From contig OX337237.1 in the NCBI GenBank assembly GCA_946965045.2, positions 3,369,039-3,433,038 on the forward strand: a stretch of 64,000 nt of DNA. Reading direction: 5' to 3'. Source of the DNA: Epithemia pelagica (Eukaryota; Protista; Bacillariophyta). Made by a program: the position numbers and the translations under genes. This document shows, in pieces, positions 33,969-47,634 of the stretch (position 1 is its first letter; every line of letters starts with the position of its first letter). Under the pieces are notes generated by a model, which worked only from the letters and a program-made list of their open reading frames with translations, did no database searches and was not told the DNA's origin.

Positions 33969-36219
33969 GTAGACGTTTGCTTTCAAGTCATTTACTTGTT
34001 TTCTACGTTCAATTGCAATCCTAGAACCTAGGAAGTGGTTACTCGAAAATAGAAACAATATGTTGCAAGATAAAACGTGCCTTGTTTTTTTTAAAAGGCG
34101 TGAAAGGAACGAGCAAATTTTTGTGTCTCTTGAAGTGGTGCATGGTTGTGCGAACGTAAGACAATAATCTGGGGCTTTGTGGTGGCATCATGGGACACAG
34201 AGTCATTTTCCATGGATCGGTAGCTATATGACAGGGAGAAAGGGAAAGTTTCGCATCGATGTCGTAGTCAAGGGCAATCCGCTTTGTCCTCGCCATTTGG
34301 TGTTCCTGACGATTGAATAGTGCAGAGTAGTTTTCTTGTTCGTGACAGGGCAAATCCATACATGTTTCTTGACATGGCGGGTGCTGTGACTGTCAAGGGT
34401 GCTCCATCCTGTCGTTTCTTGGCTTGGGATGATGGTGTGACGACACAATTCTGCTGTGGACCACGACCATTGGCGGATCATATTTGACCATCCAAACAAT
34501 ACCTGAAGAACGCCAAGGGAGACTCTCCGCGTTGGTTGATTGCGGTATTGGCAGAATTCTTGTCTGGGTTGAGTTGCGGACCCTGTTGCATCGGTGTGTT
34601 CCTCCTCTGTATATGAACCTGGATAATGTTCTTGCTGTTCTGCTGCTGCTTCGGTGCTGGTGTTAACAACAACTCTTTGGTGAAAAAAGGATGGAACCAG
34701 TGTTTGCCCTACTACAAAAGTGGAAGACTCCGCATCGACTATTGGCCTTGCATGATTTCTCGTTTTGTTCGTTGGGTTGTGATTTGTTTTTTATAACACT
34801 CTGGTTCATGTTATTGTGGCTGGAGTTTGTGCCTTTGCTCGTGTTCTTGATGAGATGGGTGGTGCTTGGTTCCTCTTTCTTTGAACCACAAGTCACTCGA
34901 CACGGTAAACAAAGTAGTTGCAGTGCTACTGTGTCGGTGGTTTCTGTTTGTGGTGCTGGTGGGTCGTGTTCAAAAATAACCAACTGGTTGTGGAAGTCGT
35001 CATTTGGTCCATCAGTTTTCGTTGCAACGATCAAAACCCTTCATTCCTTAGCAGTGGAAATCACGAGAGATAGGGCAAAGCGGGATGCCTCTGTTGTGCA
35101 TGCGACAATTGTTGCTGTTTGGGTCCTGTTGAGTTTTCTCTTCTTGTCGTGCTGCTCCACGAACGAGCAGGACGGCTGTTCCCATTGTTGTTGTTTGGGT
35201 GTAGCTGTGGTTGTTGTTCTTGTTGTTGTCGGCATTATCGTAGTACAATCGAATGACTGTGTTGCCATTGCTCCTTTCCCGCCACGAACCACGAGTTTCG
35301 ACATCTGTTGGTCGTGCTCCTTGTATGGCTTGGTTCATGGTCTCTTGTGGTCAATGAATCCGACAAAAGGACGAAACGGGTGGATTCCAATGTCTGATGA
35401 TGAGAGAAGCAGTACGACGAAAAACACGACAAGCGAAAACCTTGTGGACCTGATGTTGTCCGCTTCTCTGATGGTTCTTTTTGGAAATCGAGCATGGTTG
35501 GTTGGTTGCTGCTTCTCTACATTCCTCGTCCGTCCTCTTGTGAAGAACGAATCATTATTGATCGAGCAAAGATGGAATGGAACCGTCCTTGACAATCAAG
35601 GGGAAGGAAGGAGTCTCTGGACTGACGCAACTGGGTCGACAGTGGTTGAATTAAACTTGCTGCTGGTGCGATCGTCGTTTTGTGGCAGTGGAACGAGAAA
35701 TTCATGGCCTTATCGGCACAGGTGCCAAATCCACCAATCGCGGTGCTTCGAGGATAGTTTTGTGCCGTATATTGAGACTGAAACCAGTCCATCCGCATTC
35801 TCTGATGTGAATTGAGACGCCAGGCACGAGACAATGCAATTCACATTCGTCAACAGTCCGGATGTACCCATAGTTGGAATCCAATCCATGATGTTTTGTT
35901 TGTATTTGGGCAAAAGATGTGTGTGTGGTGTTATGTACGTACCCGACAAAAGCACTGGCTCGAAAGCTTCCACGTGTAGTACTCAGACGCCTACCTCCGA
36001 TCGCACATGAATGTAAGGGTGGGTCGCGTGTGTGTCGTGCTTTCTGTTTTCTAACCACTGAGTCACTAATCCTCATGATTCCCCCGCTGGGGCTTAGAGT
36101 ATAGTACTCTTCTTTTTCCAGTCCACACCCATCCGAGCAGCCCACTGCAATCAACACAGTCAGTGTGTGCTCCTTTGATCCTCATAAATGCGCTGCGGTC
36201 AACAAAAGGAAGACTGAGC

Positions 36220-37293
36220 ATGACTCTGAAAGAACAAGCATGGCAGTCGGGCCTTTTCCTTTCAGACGAGACAGCAGAATGGAATGAAAACGACTGGCCT
36301 CCTCTTCAGGGTGGATGGCGTTATCTTCATGCTACGGTCGTACTCGATCATCTCGACAAGGAACTCCACAACGACAACAACAATGGACAAACTGTTGTCG
36401 TGTTGGGAGGACATCAACAAGGTCAAGGTGATGTCAATCCCGTTCTGCTATTGAATCTGGCAGACCCAGACAAGCAATGGCGAGAAGGAACGCCCTTGAA
36501 CAAGAAACGTTCTGGACATGCCGCTGCTGCGTGCAACGGAGCCGTCTACGTGATGGGAGGATACGATGAAGGTCCATTGGATTCTATTGAGCGAATCGAT
36601 GCCAATGATTTGCTGCAATCACCCTTAACAACCAGCAACAAACATGAGACGCATTGGACGACATTGACATGTCGCTTATCAACGACAAGAAATGGATGTT
36701 GTGCTGTTGCGGTGCACAACCGATACATTGTTGTAATGGGTGGATGGGATGGAAGGCAAAGGTTGTCGTCGGTGGATATTATTGATACCAGGAACCACAC
36801 TGTCACTCCGGGGCCAAGCATGGCTGTTCCTCGATCTTTTTGTGCCAGTGCGGTCATTGGCCACCGCATCTTTGTCGTTGGAGGCCAAAACACTGATGAC
36901 TATCTTGACTCGGTGGAGTATTTGGACTTTGCAACACCCTCTGACAATCGCGAGACAAAAAATGAAACTGGATCTACATTCATTTCCTTCACTCATTCTG
37001 ATTTGGCGCTTTCCAATGCACGAGGTTCTTGTGCAATGGTTGCCGTGGGATCCTGTCTGGTTGTGGCGGGAGGATGGCACAATTCAAACGTGGAAGTCTT
37101 GGATACGCACCACAACCGCGTGTGGAATCTCCCACCATTCGGAATTAACCGTGACGACCTTAGTATAGTGTCTGTTGCCAACCAGGTAGCCGCGATTGGT
37201 GGATGGGAGAATCATTCCTGTGCAACATTGCCACTCATGGATAGGAATTCGTGGTGTTTTCGTCGACTCTGTGAGCAGCAGCTCAACGGATAG
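36220..37293 (+). CDS. Kelch copy K6 (357 aa, intact frame; SPTWx segment deleted in frame)
   Basis: Six blades; 3' third nearly identical to K4. Confidence 0.9.
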   Translation: MTLKEQAWQSGLFLSDETAEWNENDWPPLQGGWRYLHATVVLDHLDKELHNDNNNGQTVVVLGGHQQGQGDVNPVLLLNLADPDKQWREGTPLNKKRSGHAAAACNGAVYVMGGYDEGPLDSIERIDANDLLQSPLTTSNKHETHWTTLTCRLSTTRNGCCAVAVHNRYIVVMGGWDGRQRLSSVDIIDTRNHTVTPGPSMAVPRSFCASAVIGHRIFVVGGQNTDDYLDSVEYLDFATPSDNRETKNETGSTFISFTHSDLALSNARGSCAMVAVGSCLVVAGGWHNSNVEVLDTHHNRVWNLPPFGINRDDLSIVSVANQVAAIGGWENHSCATLPLMDRNSWCFRRLCEQQLNG

Positions 37294-39816
37294 TATCATT
37301 TTCGGGATGGAATGGATATCGGACATGCTCATATTTCACCCTTCTGTTTTCGTCGACTCTGTGAGCAGCAGCCCAACAGATGGTATCATAGTCTAGAAAG
37401 ATCGGGTAAGGGTAACGGAGATGTCAATGTAGCATCCTGGACATCTCGACATCGACTCTTAAGCGATTAAAGACCAATACATGATGGAGGATGGAACTTG
37501 AAATGTGCAACAAGTTGCATGGCCAAGAACTATATCATGGTCAATATATACTCTCGTCCAAAAAAAGGAGATCGTGTCCATTCTAAGTGTCCAGCCTTAG
37601 TTACGTTGTCAATAATGAAAAGCTCTAAATCACTGTACCTATACGGAGTGGCTTGCTAGGTCGAAAAAGATATTACTCAAGACTGCTTTCGAAGAGCACA
37701 TCCTAGTATGGTTTGAAGGCTCCACGTTGTATAGAAGATGACCACACATGAATTTCCCTCCGAAGCCATGGCGTTTGTGGCAGTCGGATCCATGCACCAT
37801 GGTCAGCTATCCGTGCACTATATAACTATATAATGAGATGTTACAGCGTCCGCCATGGCACTGCTGTCCTCTGCAAACCTGCGGATGTAAGACAGCCACT
37901 CTTGGGTGGATGGCCATGCTACCGTTCCCTTTCTGTGCTGTTGAAAAATCTCTGGCCTTGATCAGAATGAATGATCTTTGAATGGAAGATGACAGTCTTT
38001 CATGGGCTCGTTCTTGCATCTTTTCGGGAAAGAGGGGGCGGCCTGAATTGTGTCTCTTCAATTGATGGCACATAAGGAACAAGTGACGTTTCGACCATGA
38101 CCTGATAGTTGTGGGACGCAGTCGGTGGGGCCATGGATTGGTAGCAACGGCGGGATCCGACAGCAGCCAACACAGTTTGTCTTCGTTTTGTTTTCGTTGC
38201 GATGGCAGCAGTGCAAAGTATACTTCCCCTGTTGCAGGCAGGACAGGTTTATCGCGGGTCATCGTCGATTCCTCTTCCTTGGTGTCGATATCTCGTTGTG
38301 GAGCAACCAATCCGTCGACGCGGTACAAATATTGGTGGTGCTACAATCCCAAGACTGTGCTTCTGGTGGACCTTGTTACAACAAGGCATTTGTTTTGGAA
38401 GTCGTCATTTGATCCACCCATGGTGATAGTGATGCATCGATCGACCTGTTGTGCAAGCGACGATTGTTCTTGTTGTTGGTTGGCTGCTGTTGGTGGATCA
38501 GGAATCGTGATTATTCACGTCTTGTCATGATCCTTGTTGAAAGAGACGGACGATTGTTACAGTGGTGTTGTTCGGATGGGTCAAGGCGAATGTTGTTGTC
38601 ACTGTTGTCCACTTCTGATTGTTCTTTGTAGAAATCGAGCATGGGTGGTTGCTACTTCTGTACTTTTGTTTTGTTATTGGGCGTGGAAGTGGGGAAACCG
38701 ACAAGTTTTACACACCACTCCACCAAGGCAATATTTTTACAGCAGAATGAGCAAGCGACAAAAAAGCACAAGCGAGACCCCAACAAAGCCTTGTCACAAG
38801 CAGGACAGGAATGTTGATTGATTGTTCATTGTCAAGGCTGGCCTCTCTTATGTATCGTGAAATCTTTATCTAGTTTCACTCTTTTTGGCTGGAGGTCGTT
38901 TTGACGTAACAAAACTCTTGTACGTTCTCGACGCAACAGGTGGATTCAAGCGACAACTACCCCGGTCCACCTTTTGTTCCTTGCACTGTTGTGGTTTTCC
39001 ATCGAGACGACAACGTCACCCACTGGCAAATATAGCACCGGTCCCTTGGTGAACAGAGGCATCACGTCTGCCACAATCATTGGACCACATACGCGAGCAT
39101 TATACTGACAACCGGCGGAGACAGCACGAGACGGTTTTGGCTCTCCCAAAAAGACGATGATTGATGGAGTCGGTATCAATCATGACATAAGGGACCAACC
39201 TTTCCGGTCCAACCACATCCACGTGACATTCTCGAAAGCGGTCCAAAGAAGACGAATGCAGGCATCTGCTGCTAATCCAACACGGGAAGCGAGTCTAAAT
39301 GGGATGAACGGCATGTTCCTTCTGGTCCATCATGTCGTCGGATTCTTGTTTTTGTGTAGTTGTACTTATGGCCTTGCTGCCTCCACTATATACCCGATGC
39401 ATTCGAATCACTGGATCAAGAGAAGACCACTCTCTCTGTTGTTGTTTGTTGTCGTTGTTGTGAGCAGTCTGTAGGACCAAGGGAAGAATGGTGTTCCATA
39501 AATGGCGTTGGACGAGAGATGACTCAGAACTAGGGATATCTACCCAGTGGATGTTGGATTGTCGATCTGTGGACCTCTTCATCACAGATTGGGATGTCGA
39601 TCTCTCTCCCTCGTCTCGTCGTATCTTACACAGCAAAAGATACTTTTCTTGGGGCTTGTCATGAAATATATGTGCGACTGATTGTCCTTCATCATCGTAC
39701 GCAGGACAGGCACAACTTTCCTGGTCTCTCCTCTCCACGCAAAAAAGCTCATCGCTGCGATTCTCAATTGCAAAGCTGTCATTGCTCGTCGACGTGGTTG
39801 TCAAGCGCCGTTGACC

Positions 39817-40896
39817 ATGACAACGACACTGCAAAAGCAAGCATGGCAGTCGGGCCTTGTCCTGTTAGACGAGACACCTGAATGGAATTTCGAGCACTGG
39901 CCTCCTCTTGTGGGTGGATGGCGTGGAGGTCATACCTCGGTCGTACTTAATCATACCGATAACAACAAGGAGCAAACCGTCGTCGTGTTGGGTGGACATC
40001 GAACAGGTCAAGGCAAGGTCAATTCCATTCTTGTATTAAACTTGGCAGAGTCCAACAAGCAGTGGCGAGAAGGGCCACCAATGAACAAGAGTCGTGAAGG
40101 ACATGCCGCTGTTGTGTGCAACGGAGGCGTCTATGTGATGGGAGGATACTCTGAAGGTTCATGTTTGAATAGTATCGAACAAATTGATGCCAATTATTTG
40201 CTGCAATCATCTTTGACAACCAGCATCACACACGAGATGAACTGGACGACATTGACATGTCGGTTATCAACGCCACGATGGGGATGTGGTGCTGTCGCGG
40301 TTCACAACCGATACATCGTTGTAATGGGTGGCTACAACGGTCGTTATTTGTCGTCGGTGGATATTATTGATACCAGTAACCACACTGTCTCTGTGGGACC
40401 ATCCATGAATGTTCCTCGATTTTCTTGTGCCAGTGCGGTCATTGGACACCGCATCTTTGTCGTTGGAGGTTGGAACGAGCATGGTCGTGTTGACAAGGTG
40501 GAGTATTTGTACTATGCAACACCCTGTGACAGTGATGTGACAAAAAAGGAGATAGGCTCGACATTCATCTCTTTCTCATCCACCTGGACCACTCATTCGG
40601 AGTTGAGGCTCTCCAATGCACGAAGTTCTTGTGCAGTGGTTGCCGTGGGATCTTGTTTGGTTGTGACGGGAGGATGGGGCAATTCAACCGTGGAAGTCTT
40701 GGATATTCACCGCAACCGCGTATGGAATCTCCCACCATTTGGAAATCACCGTGTTGGCTGCAATATGGTGACTGTTACAAATCACGTGGCCGTGATTGGT
40801 GGATGGGAGAATCCCTCCTGTACAACATTACCACTCCTGGATAGAAATTCGTGGTGTTTTCGTCGACTTTGTGAGCAGCAGCCCAATGGATGGTAG
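39817..40896 (+). CDS. Kelch copy K7 (359 aa, intact)
   Basis: Six blades; ends WCFRRLCEQQPNGW. Confidence 0.92.
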   Translation: MTTTLQKQAWQSGLVLLDETPEWNFEHWPPLVGGWRGGHTSVVLNHTDNNKEQTVVVLGGHRTGQGKVNSILVLNLAESNKQWREGPPMNKSREGHAAVVCNGGVYVMGGYSEGSCLNSIEQIDANYLLQSSLTTSITHEMNWTTLTCRLSTPRWGCGAVAVHNRYIVVMGGYNGRYLSSVDIIDTSNHTVSVGPSMNVPRFSCASAVIGHRIFVVGGWNEHGRVDKVEYLYYATPCDSDVTKKEIGSTFISFSSTWTTHSELRLSNARSSCAVVAVGSCLVVTGGWGNSTVEVLDIHRNRVWNLPPFGNHRVGCNMVTVTNHVAVIGGWENPSCTTLPLLDRNSWCFRRLCEQQPNGW

Positions 40897-42917
40897 CATT
40901 CTCTTGAAGGCACGGGTATCCGAGACGCTGATATCTCACGCTTCTTCAACTCGTAAATGAGCAAGGCCAAATTCATGCCAAAATAATAGAGGGAATGATG
41001 AAACCTAGCCGTTTATTTCTCGAGTGGTTGACTTGTTTTCTACATTCGATTGCAATCCTACCACCTCGTATTAAGTGTTTACTCAAAAGTAGAAAGAACA
41101 TGTTGCAAGAAAGAAGGTGCTTGTTTGTTGTCAAGGAACGACCCGATTTGTGTACCTCTGTAAGTGGTACTACGCTCCGGCCATTACCTGTTACCTGTCA
41201 GTTGTGGGACAGTGCCACCACCGTGACTGTGCAGTCGTGAGACCAGAATAGGGTACTTTGTGGTGGCATCATGACACTCTGCATAACACAGCGTCGTCCG
41301 TGGAATGGGAGCTACTGCAGGGAGGCCACCAACCGATGAGAGGAGCAGGAACACAAGCACGCCAAGGCGGAACCTTGTTGGACCTGACGTTGTCCGTTTC
41401 TAATGGTTCTTCCTTGAAAGATGACAGACAATGGGTCGAGTTTGGATGGAAGTAAGGAAAGAGGACCGTGTCATATCCAATTCCGACCTGATGGCCGAGA
41501 ACAGGTTGTCCCTTTCGGAGGAGTCTCCCCGCTCACCGCGCTCCAATCGCAATGCCTCCTTCTAGCTGCTGTTGTATGTGAATCGCAATACGTTGCTGCA
41601 CTTGTCATGTGATGTCAAGCCGGAATGGCCCAATGACGACGACGAGTCCAAGAGGAACCCACTAAATCGGATCGAAGATCGTGCCAATTGTCGCAATGGA
41701 CCAGAACGAAAACAAGGAATCGAGTCTCGACGTTGCGACGAGACAGACAGGACACCTCCCCCCACCACTACTTTCTGTCGCAGCATTGCTCGTTCAATTG
41801 CTCATGCCTGGAAACAAGCCGCTCACCATCGCTATGTCTTGCCCCTCAATGCCAGTTGCCCGGAAACCTTGTTGCACGATTACGACAACACTGTCGAACA
41901 GCAGTGTTGGACCTCGACCACTACATCCTTTTTGCCTCGTACCGAACTCAGCAGCAGCAGCACCAACAACACAACCACGACAACGAACGCCGCCGATCAT
42001 GTCTTGGCCATTATGGAAGCCTTGTCACCCACACCGTATGAATGGATGTTCGCACACGAGTCGCCCGAAGCGGTTGTGTGGTCGAATGGTTTTGCTCGTC
42101 GGTGTCGAAATGGCGAAATTCGTGTGTCTGCTTGTGGAAGCGGCGAGCACCATATGCATCCAAACATGCAGCGTCGTCTTGGAAGACACGATCAATGGTT
42201 GAAAGAGATACCGACAAAGAAGAACCAAGGTCACGCCCGTCCAACGAGCAAGGGGAGCTTGAGAGGTCACCACTGAATTACCGCTCCGACCACGACAACC
42301 CCACAGTGAATTGCAAACAACAGCAACAAGACAATGATGAAGATAATGACGATGATACCAGACAGTGGTGTTTGGCTGCATCGTTTGGTTCCATTTCATT
42401 CCAGAGAGTGTGTTGTTTGATTTCTGGTTGTTGGTTCGTGGTTAGCCCAACGAGACGACACTGCGTCACATCCTCAACAATATTTTTAGCTATTGCCCTT
42501 GCAATTGCCTGTTTCAATGACTGGTGGGGAGTGGGGGAAGATGACTGAGATTTCATAAGATCACCCGTCCGTGACTGGTTGGGAAAGGCTAGGTAGAGAT
42601 TCGGAAGAGTAACTTTTTTGGTGAGTGCTCACAACTGAATCCTGGATCTTCACCGCTGGGGATGAGTCCGAACCCATTAGCAATCAAAGGTTTATTTCGG
42701 GGTATCCAAAATTGCCCACGATACTCCCAAGAAGGATGCGTGGTCTTCTTCATCGCGTTGCTATGGTCACGATTTGTCTCGTAACCCATCCATTTCGTCA
42801 AGTCAGTCGTCGTGCTTCCAGTCCACACCCATCATAATGAAAGGAGCAGAGCAAACATACGTGCCTTACAAGACAGTGTCTCGATCCCCATAAATTCTGC
42901 AGTCATTGTGTGAAACC

Positions 42918-43190
42918 ATGACCACGACACTGAAAGAACAAGCACGACAGTCGGGCCTTGTCTTATCGGACGAGACACCAGAATGGAATGAAGACGACTG
43001 GCCTCCTCTTGAGGGTGGATGGCGTGCAGGTCATACTTCGCTCGTACTTGATCATACCGATAACAACAAGGGGCAAACCGTCGTCGTGCTGGGCGGATAT
43101 CGAACAGGTCAAGGCGAGGTCAACTCAATTCTTGTATTACAGGGGTCAATGGTTCGGACGTTAATGGCAAAAAGGGTTGTGGGTAAGTAA
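42918..43190 (+). pseudogene. Kelch copy K8, truncated after blade 1 (~43139) and fused to another repeat module
   Basis: MTTTLKEQARQSGLV...NSILVL, then sequence homologous to 29435-29570. Confidence 0.85.
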
Positions 43191-43980
43191 ACATCTGGGA
43201 AACGTTGTGTGTGGGACTGCCTCAACAACCACTATGTCCCCGAGCGAGTGGAATTCAACACCAACCAAGAATCGGACACCTGCACCAGTGCCACTTGCGA
43301 GTGTCAGAGTGGTGGTGTGGATGTTGCCGGTTGCCAGTTGTTGTGGTTTGGGTGGTTGAGACTTTGTCGTTGTGTCTTCAAGGTCCTGCTGCTATTGTCT
43401 TGAGGCAGGGCTGCAGTCGTCGTCATCATGCTAGTCATCATGGTTGCTTGATGAAGCCAGGGAAAAGCTTGACTGGTGGTGGTTGTTGTACCACTCGTTG
43501 TACAATTGGCCTTGTTCATTCCGAAGGCTGGTTTCTCTTTGTTGTCGTGACATTGGGGTCCTCATCTGGTTTGGCTCTATAAGGCTGTCGGTCGTTTTGA
43601 TGTAACATGTAACATGGCTTTCGGATGGAACAATGTCTTTAGCCCAAATTCCTTATGCTAGTCAACGAAAGACATGAGGATGCTTTGACGCCTTGTTCTT
43701 GTGGATGTTGTCCATCGTTTGGTTTTGGGAACAGACGCGCATCTTTTGGGGAAAGATACGCTGTGCTTGCTGTGGTCCTGTCATGAAGTCTATGTGCGAT
43801 ATCGTACGTACGACAGACGCTCTCTGGGCTCCAAAGCTTCCACGTGTATTCTACTGTAAGAGTCCTCTCGCTTCCATCCATCGATCCATATTCCATATAT
43901 TTTACCAAAACAACTCACAACAGCCGCAAAAGCTCTCTTCTGTGATCCACATAAATTCTGCAGTCAAAACGTTTGGAAGC

Positions 43981-45180
43981 ATGCCCATGACATTGAAAGA
44001 ACAAGCATGGCAGTCGGGCCTTGTCCTGTTAGACGAGACACCTGAATGGAATTTCGAGGACTGGCCTCCTCTTGCGGGTGGATGGCGAGAGCGTCATGCT
44101 TCGGTCGTACTAGATCATCCCGATACGGAGAACGACAACAACAACAAGAAACAAACGGTCGTCGTGTTGGGAGGATATCAACAAGGCCAAGGCGATGTCA
44201 ATTCCGTTCTGCTATTGAATCTGGTAGACCCAAACAAGCAGTGGCGAGAAGGGCCACCCACGAACAAGAGTCGTCGAGGACATTCCGCTGTTGTGTGCAA
44301 CGGAAGCATCTACGTGATGGGAGGTCGCAATACAGCAACTTTGGATTGTATCGAACGCATTGATGCCAATTATTTGCTGCGATCTTCTTCGACATCAAGT
44401 AGCACACGTGCGAGCCATTGGACAACATTGAATTGTCGCTTATCAACGCCACGATGGGGATGTGGTGCAGTCGCGGTTCACAACAGATACATCGTTGTAA
44501 TGGGTGGCTACAACGATCGTTATTTGTCGTCGGTGGATATTATAGATACAAACAACCACATAGTCACTGCGGGACCATCCATGACTGTTCCAAGACATTG
44601 GTGTGCCAGTGCGGTTATTGGCCACCGCATCTTTGTCGTTGGAGGTTGGAACGGTAATGAATATCTTGACTCGGTGGAGTATTTGGACTATGCAACACCC
44701 TTTGACAATGATGAGACAGAAAAGGAAACTGGCTCGATGTTTATTTCTTTCTCACCCACCTGGACCACTCATTTGGAGTTGAGGCTTTCCAATGCACGAA
44801 GTCCTTGTGCAGTGGTTGCCGTGGGATCTTGTCTGGTTGTGGCGGGAGGAGCAAGGGTCAACTCAACCGTGGAAGTTCTGGATACGCGCCGCAACCGTGT
44901 GTGGAATCTCCCGCTGTTGGGAAATCACCGCAATGGCTGCAGTCTAGTGACTCCTGCCAATCGAATTGCTGTGATTGGTGGAGGGCACAATCCTTCGTGT
45001 ACGACATTGCCACTAATGGATAGGAATTCGTGGTGTTTTCGTCGACTCTGTGAGCAGCAATCGAACGGATGGTATCATTCTCTTGAAGGTATGGGTATCC
45101 GAGATGCTGATATCTCACCCTTCTCCACACCGACATTAGCTTGTAAACGAAAAAGGCCTAATACTCACCTCGGTGATTAA
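43981..45180 (+). CDS. Kelch copy K9 (399 aa, intact)
   Basis: ATG 43981 (MPMTLKEQAW), six blades, WCFRRLCEQ and a tail. Confidence 0.92.
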   Translation: MPMTLKEQAWQSGLVLLDETPEWNFEDWPPLAGGWRERHASVVLDHPDTENDNNNKKQTVVVLGGYQQGQGDVNSVLLLNLVDPNKQWREGPPTNKSRRGHSAVVCNGSIYVMGGRNTATLDCIERIDANYLLRSSSTSSSTRASHWTTLNCRLSTPRWGCGAVAVHNRYIVVMGGYNDRYLSSVDIIDTNNHIVTAGPSMTVPRHWCASAVIGHRIFVVGGWNGNEYLDSVEYLDYATPFDNDETEKETGSMFISFSPTWTTHLELRLSNARSPCAVVAVGSCLVVAGGARVNSTVEVLDTRRNRVWNLPLLGNHRNGCSLVTPANRIAVIGGGHNPSCTTLPLMDRNSWCFRRLCEQQSNGWYHSLEGMGIRDADISPFSTPTLACKRKRPNTHLGD

Positions 45181-46847
45181 GGAGAGAATGAAACTTGAAA
45201 TCTGCTACGTATTGCATGTATGTCCTGACATTGGCAGAACTAAAGCATTATCATTTCGTTCTCAAATCGTAGTTGTATTGTTTTCTTCATGACATTGCGA
45301 ACTATTATTGAGATATCATGTACTCCGTTGTAAAGTTACACCATAGTGGAGCCAGTCCTTGGGTAGATGTCCATGGGACCATGCCTCTCCGCCGTTGAAT
45401 AGGTCGAGTTATCATGCTGTGGAGGATTATGGTTGCGTGCCTGAAACACTTGGCGCAGCGACTCGTTTGGACGGTCGACCATGCGTTAAACTGTGAGGTC
45501 CGGTCCTTCTATGGCCCATGCCTACTACGTGAGAGGACAGTACACCGTCTCTCGATGCTCGTGGTGGTTTTGGGTGACAGGACATTTGCGAATCCTTTGG
45601 ATTTTTTGCCAATGACGTGTTCGATAGTTCCTCCAATACAGCAACTATTCTTGATCATGAGGTCGGCAATTTGGATGCGTCGATCCAGCAATCAGTCACT
45701 CCGTAGTGGCTCGTTGACAGTCCATGGTTATTGGTCCATGGTGATCCAGAAGAACAATCGCAGTGCGCAAAGTTATGTCTTGCCCCTCAATGCCAGTTCC
45801 GCCGGAACCTTGTTGCACGATTGCAACACTGTCGAACAGCATCAGTGTTGGACCTCGACCACTATACAACCTTTGTGCCTCGTACAACACCAACAAAACC
45901 ACGACCCGCGCCGATCATGTCTTGGCTGTCGTCAAACAGCAGTGGTGGATCTCGATCACTACCACATTGGAGTCTCGTACCAAACTCAGCAGTACCAACA
46001 ACAAAACCACGACCACGAATACCGCCGATCATGTCTTGGCTGTAGTCTACTAGAACTTCTTGTTGTTCTTCTTCTTGTTCGTTGGATTCTGGTTGGTGTT
46101 GCTGCCTTGCCGTTCCACACCAACACCCAGTTTGAATCTTCGTATGTATTAGACTTGAAAGGACGATGCGACCCTTTCCCATAATCAATTCTTCACCAGG
46201 GAGTGGAATTGCGTTCCGTACTTCGATCCGTAGTACTGGAGGAAGATTCTCGTTCCCGTCCTAGTGTTCTCCTTTCTTTGTTGTTTGTTACACTAGGACT
46301 CCTGTTGCGAATCGAAAACCAAGGGGCGAATTCTAGCGTGTTGCGATCAAAGTTGTCGTTGAGAATGGCGTTCTTCTTTTGTCCAGTGTGACAACGACAA
46401 ATGCGGCTTGGTTGTTGTACTTTTCATATGGGATTCCATCGAGGTTTCTTTCCTGGCTTGCGCTGTTGCGGCGACACTTGATGCTGCGTTTCATCCAATG
46501 GACATTTGGTGATTGGCTGCAACGACCAGGACTTGGTAGTCGACGATACTGGGCTGGAGGAGCACTTCCCACATACAAGTCCAACGCCAAGAGAGACACG
46601 TCTCCACAGCGTCGTCAGATCGGTCCATGGAGATCCACAATAACAGTTTGCAGAGTACAAAGTATAGCCGCTTTCCCATGGCACTATCACGGAGGAAGGA
46701 AAAAAAGACCATGGCAGTGCTGCGGCATCCCGACCCACCACCTCGTGTCGAAGTATGGCTTGCTGGATTGTCCATGCGTGCAAACAAACGGCAAACATCT
46801 GGATTCTAAATGACAGCACTTGTGGTGCATACATGAGTATAACACTA

Positions 46848-47634
46848 ACTCCATACCAGACTGTGTAGGTAGTTCGTCTCACATTTTTATACTACAGTAA
46901 GAATTTTTTGTACGACCGGGAAGTAGTTTCGTTTGTCTGTCGTGCGTACGTCGTGACGCGGCAGGAATTCGGGAGCAGATGTTTGGACACTCGTGGACGA
47001 GCACGCGCGCAGCGCGCACGCGGCCACGGCCAGCGCGCACCTTTGGTTGGAGCTAGAGAATCGAAACATCAGCGTCAGAGTCGAGCTCACAAATCTTGGG
47101 ATCAGTGAGCAGAGACTTCGAATTCTGCCATCTCAAGTGGAGGACTCACGTTAGTCAGTAGCATAAGAGATTCAAAAACTAGCCCCATACCCGCCCTTGG
47201 GAGCCATCTTTGGTTCCGGGGCCTTTACGGCACACGCGTCTACTCCTAGCGTGACTACTGACAACTATGGTGAGACCTGCACGGGGACGGAGCGCCACGA
47301 TAGCTGCAGGATGTGGTCGCTGGGTCATCCCCTCGGCGAGTCGCACGGTTTCCCTTTCGTGTGTGACACTTGTGAGACACTTGTGTGACACTTTGTGACA
47401 TGGCTTCTAGGAATTTCTCACTACCTACACAGCTTGATAGGGAGTAAGTTTACTACTTCCCTGTGTCTGGCCGTCCTCTCGCGTCGGGCGCGCCCGGCTT
47501 GTCGGGAGAATGACTCGACGGGCAATTGTCTTGTCGGGCGTGCGCCCTCCTCGACCATTGCCCTCCTCGTCATTCTACCCTCCGCGCCGGGCGGTCCCTT
47601 CTTGAAAGGACTCGACACCGGGAAGTATTAATAC
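46848..47634 (-). mobile_element. Non-autonomous TA-flanked element without TIRs (long copy, 787 bp)
   Basis: TA at 46846-47 and 47635-36; termini match 25373-25760 in reverse complement; GC-rich interior with no credible ORF. Confidence 0.8.

Noticed and set aside
43693-43980. Long N-terminal extensions of Kelch ORFs (also 11287, 24474, 39682, 50729) and the TTG-start extension of the piggyBac ORF at 12961
   Set aside because: Not conserved among paralogs. Homology begins at the shared Met before xxLxEQAWQSG, and the transposase has a clear ATG at 13120.
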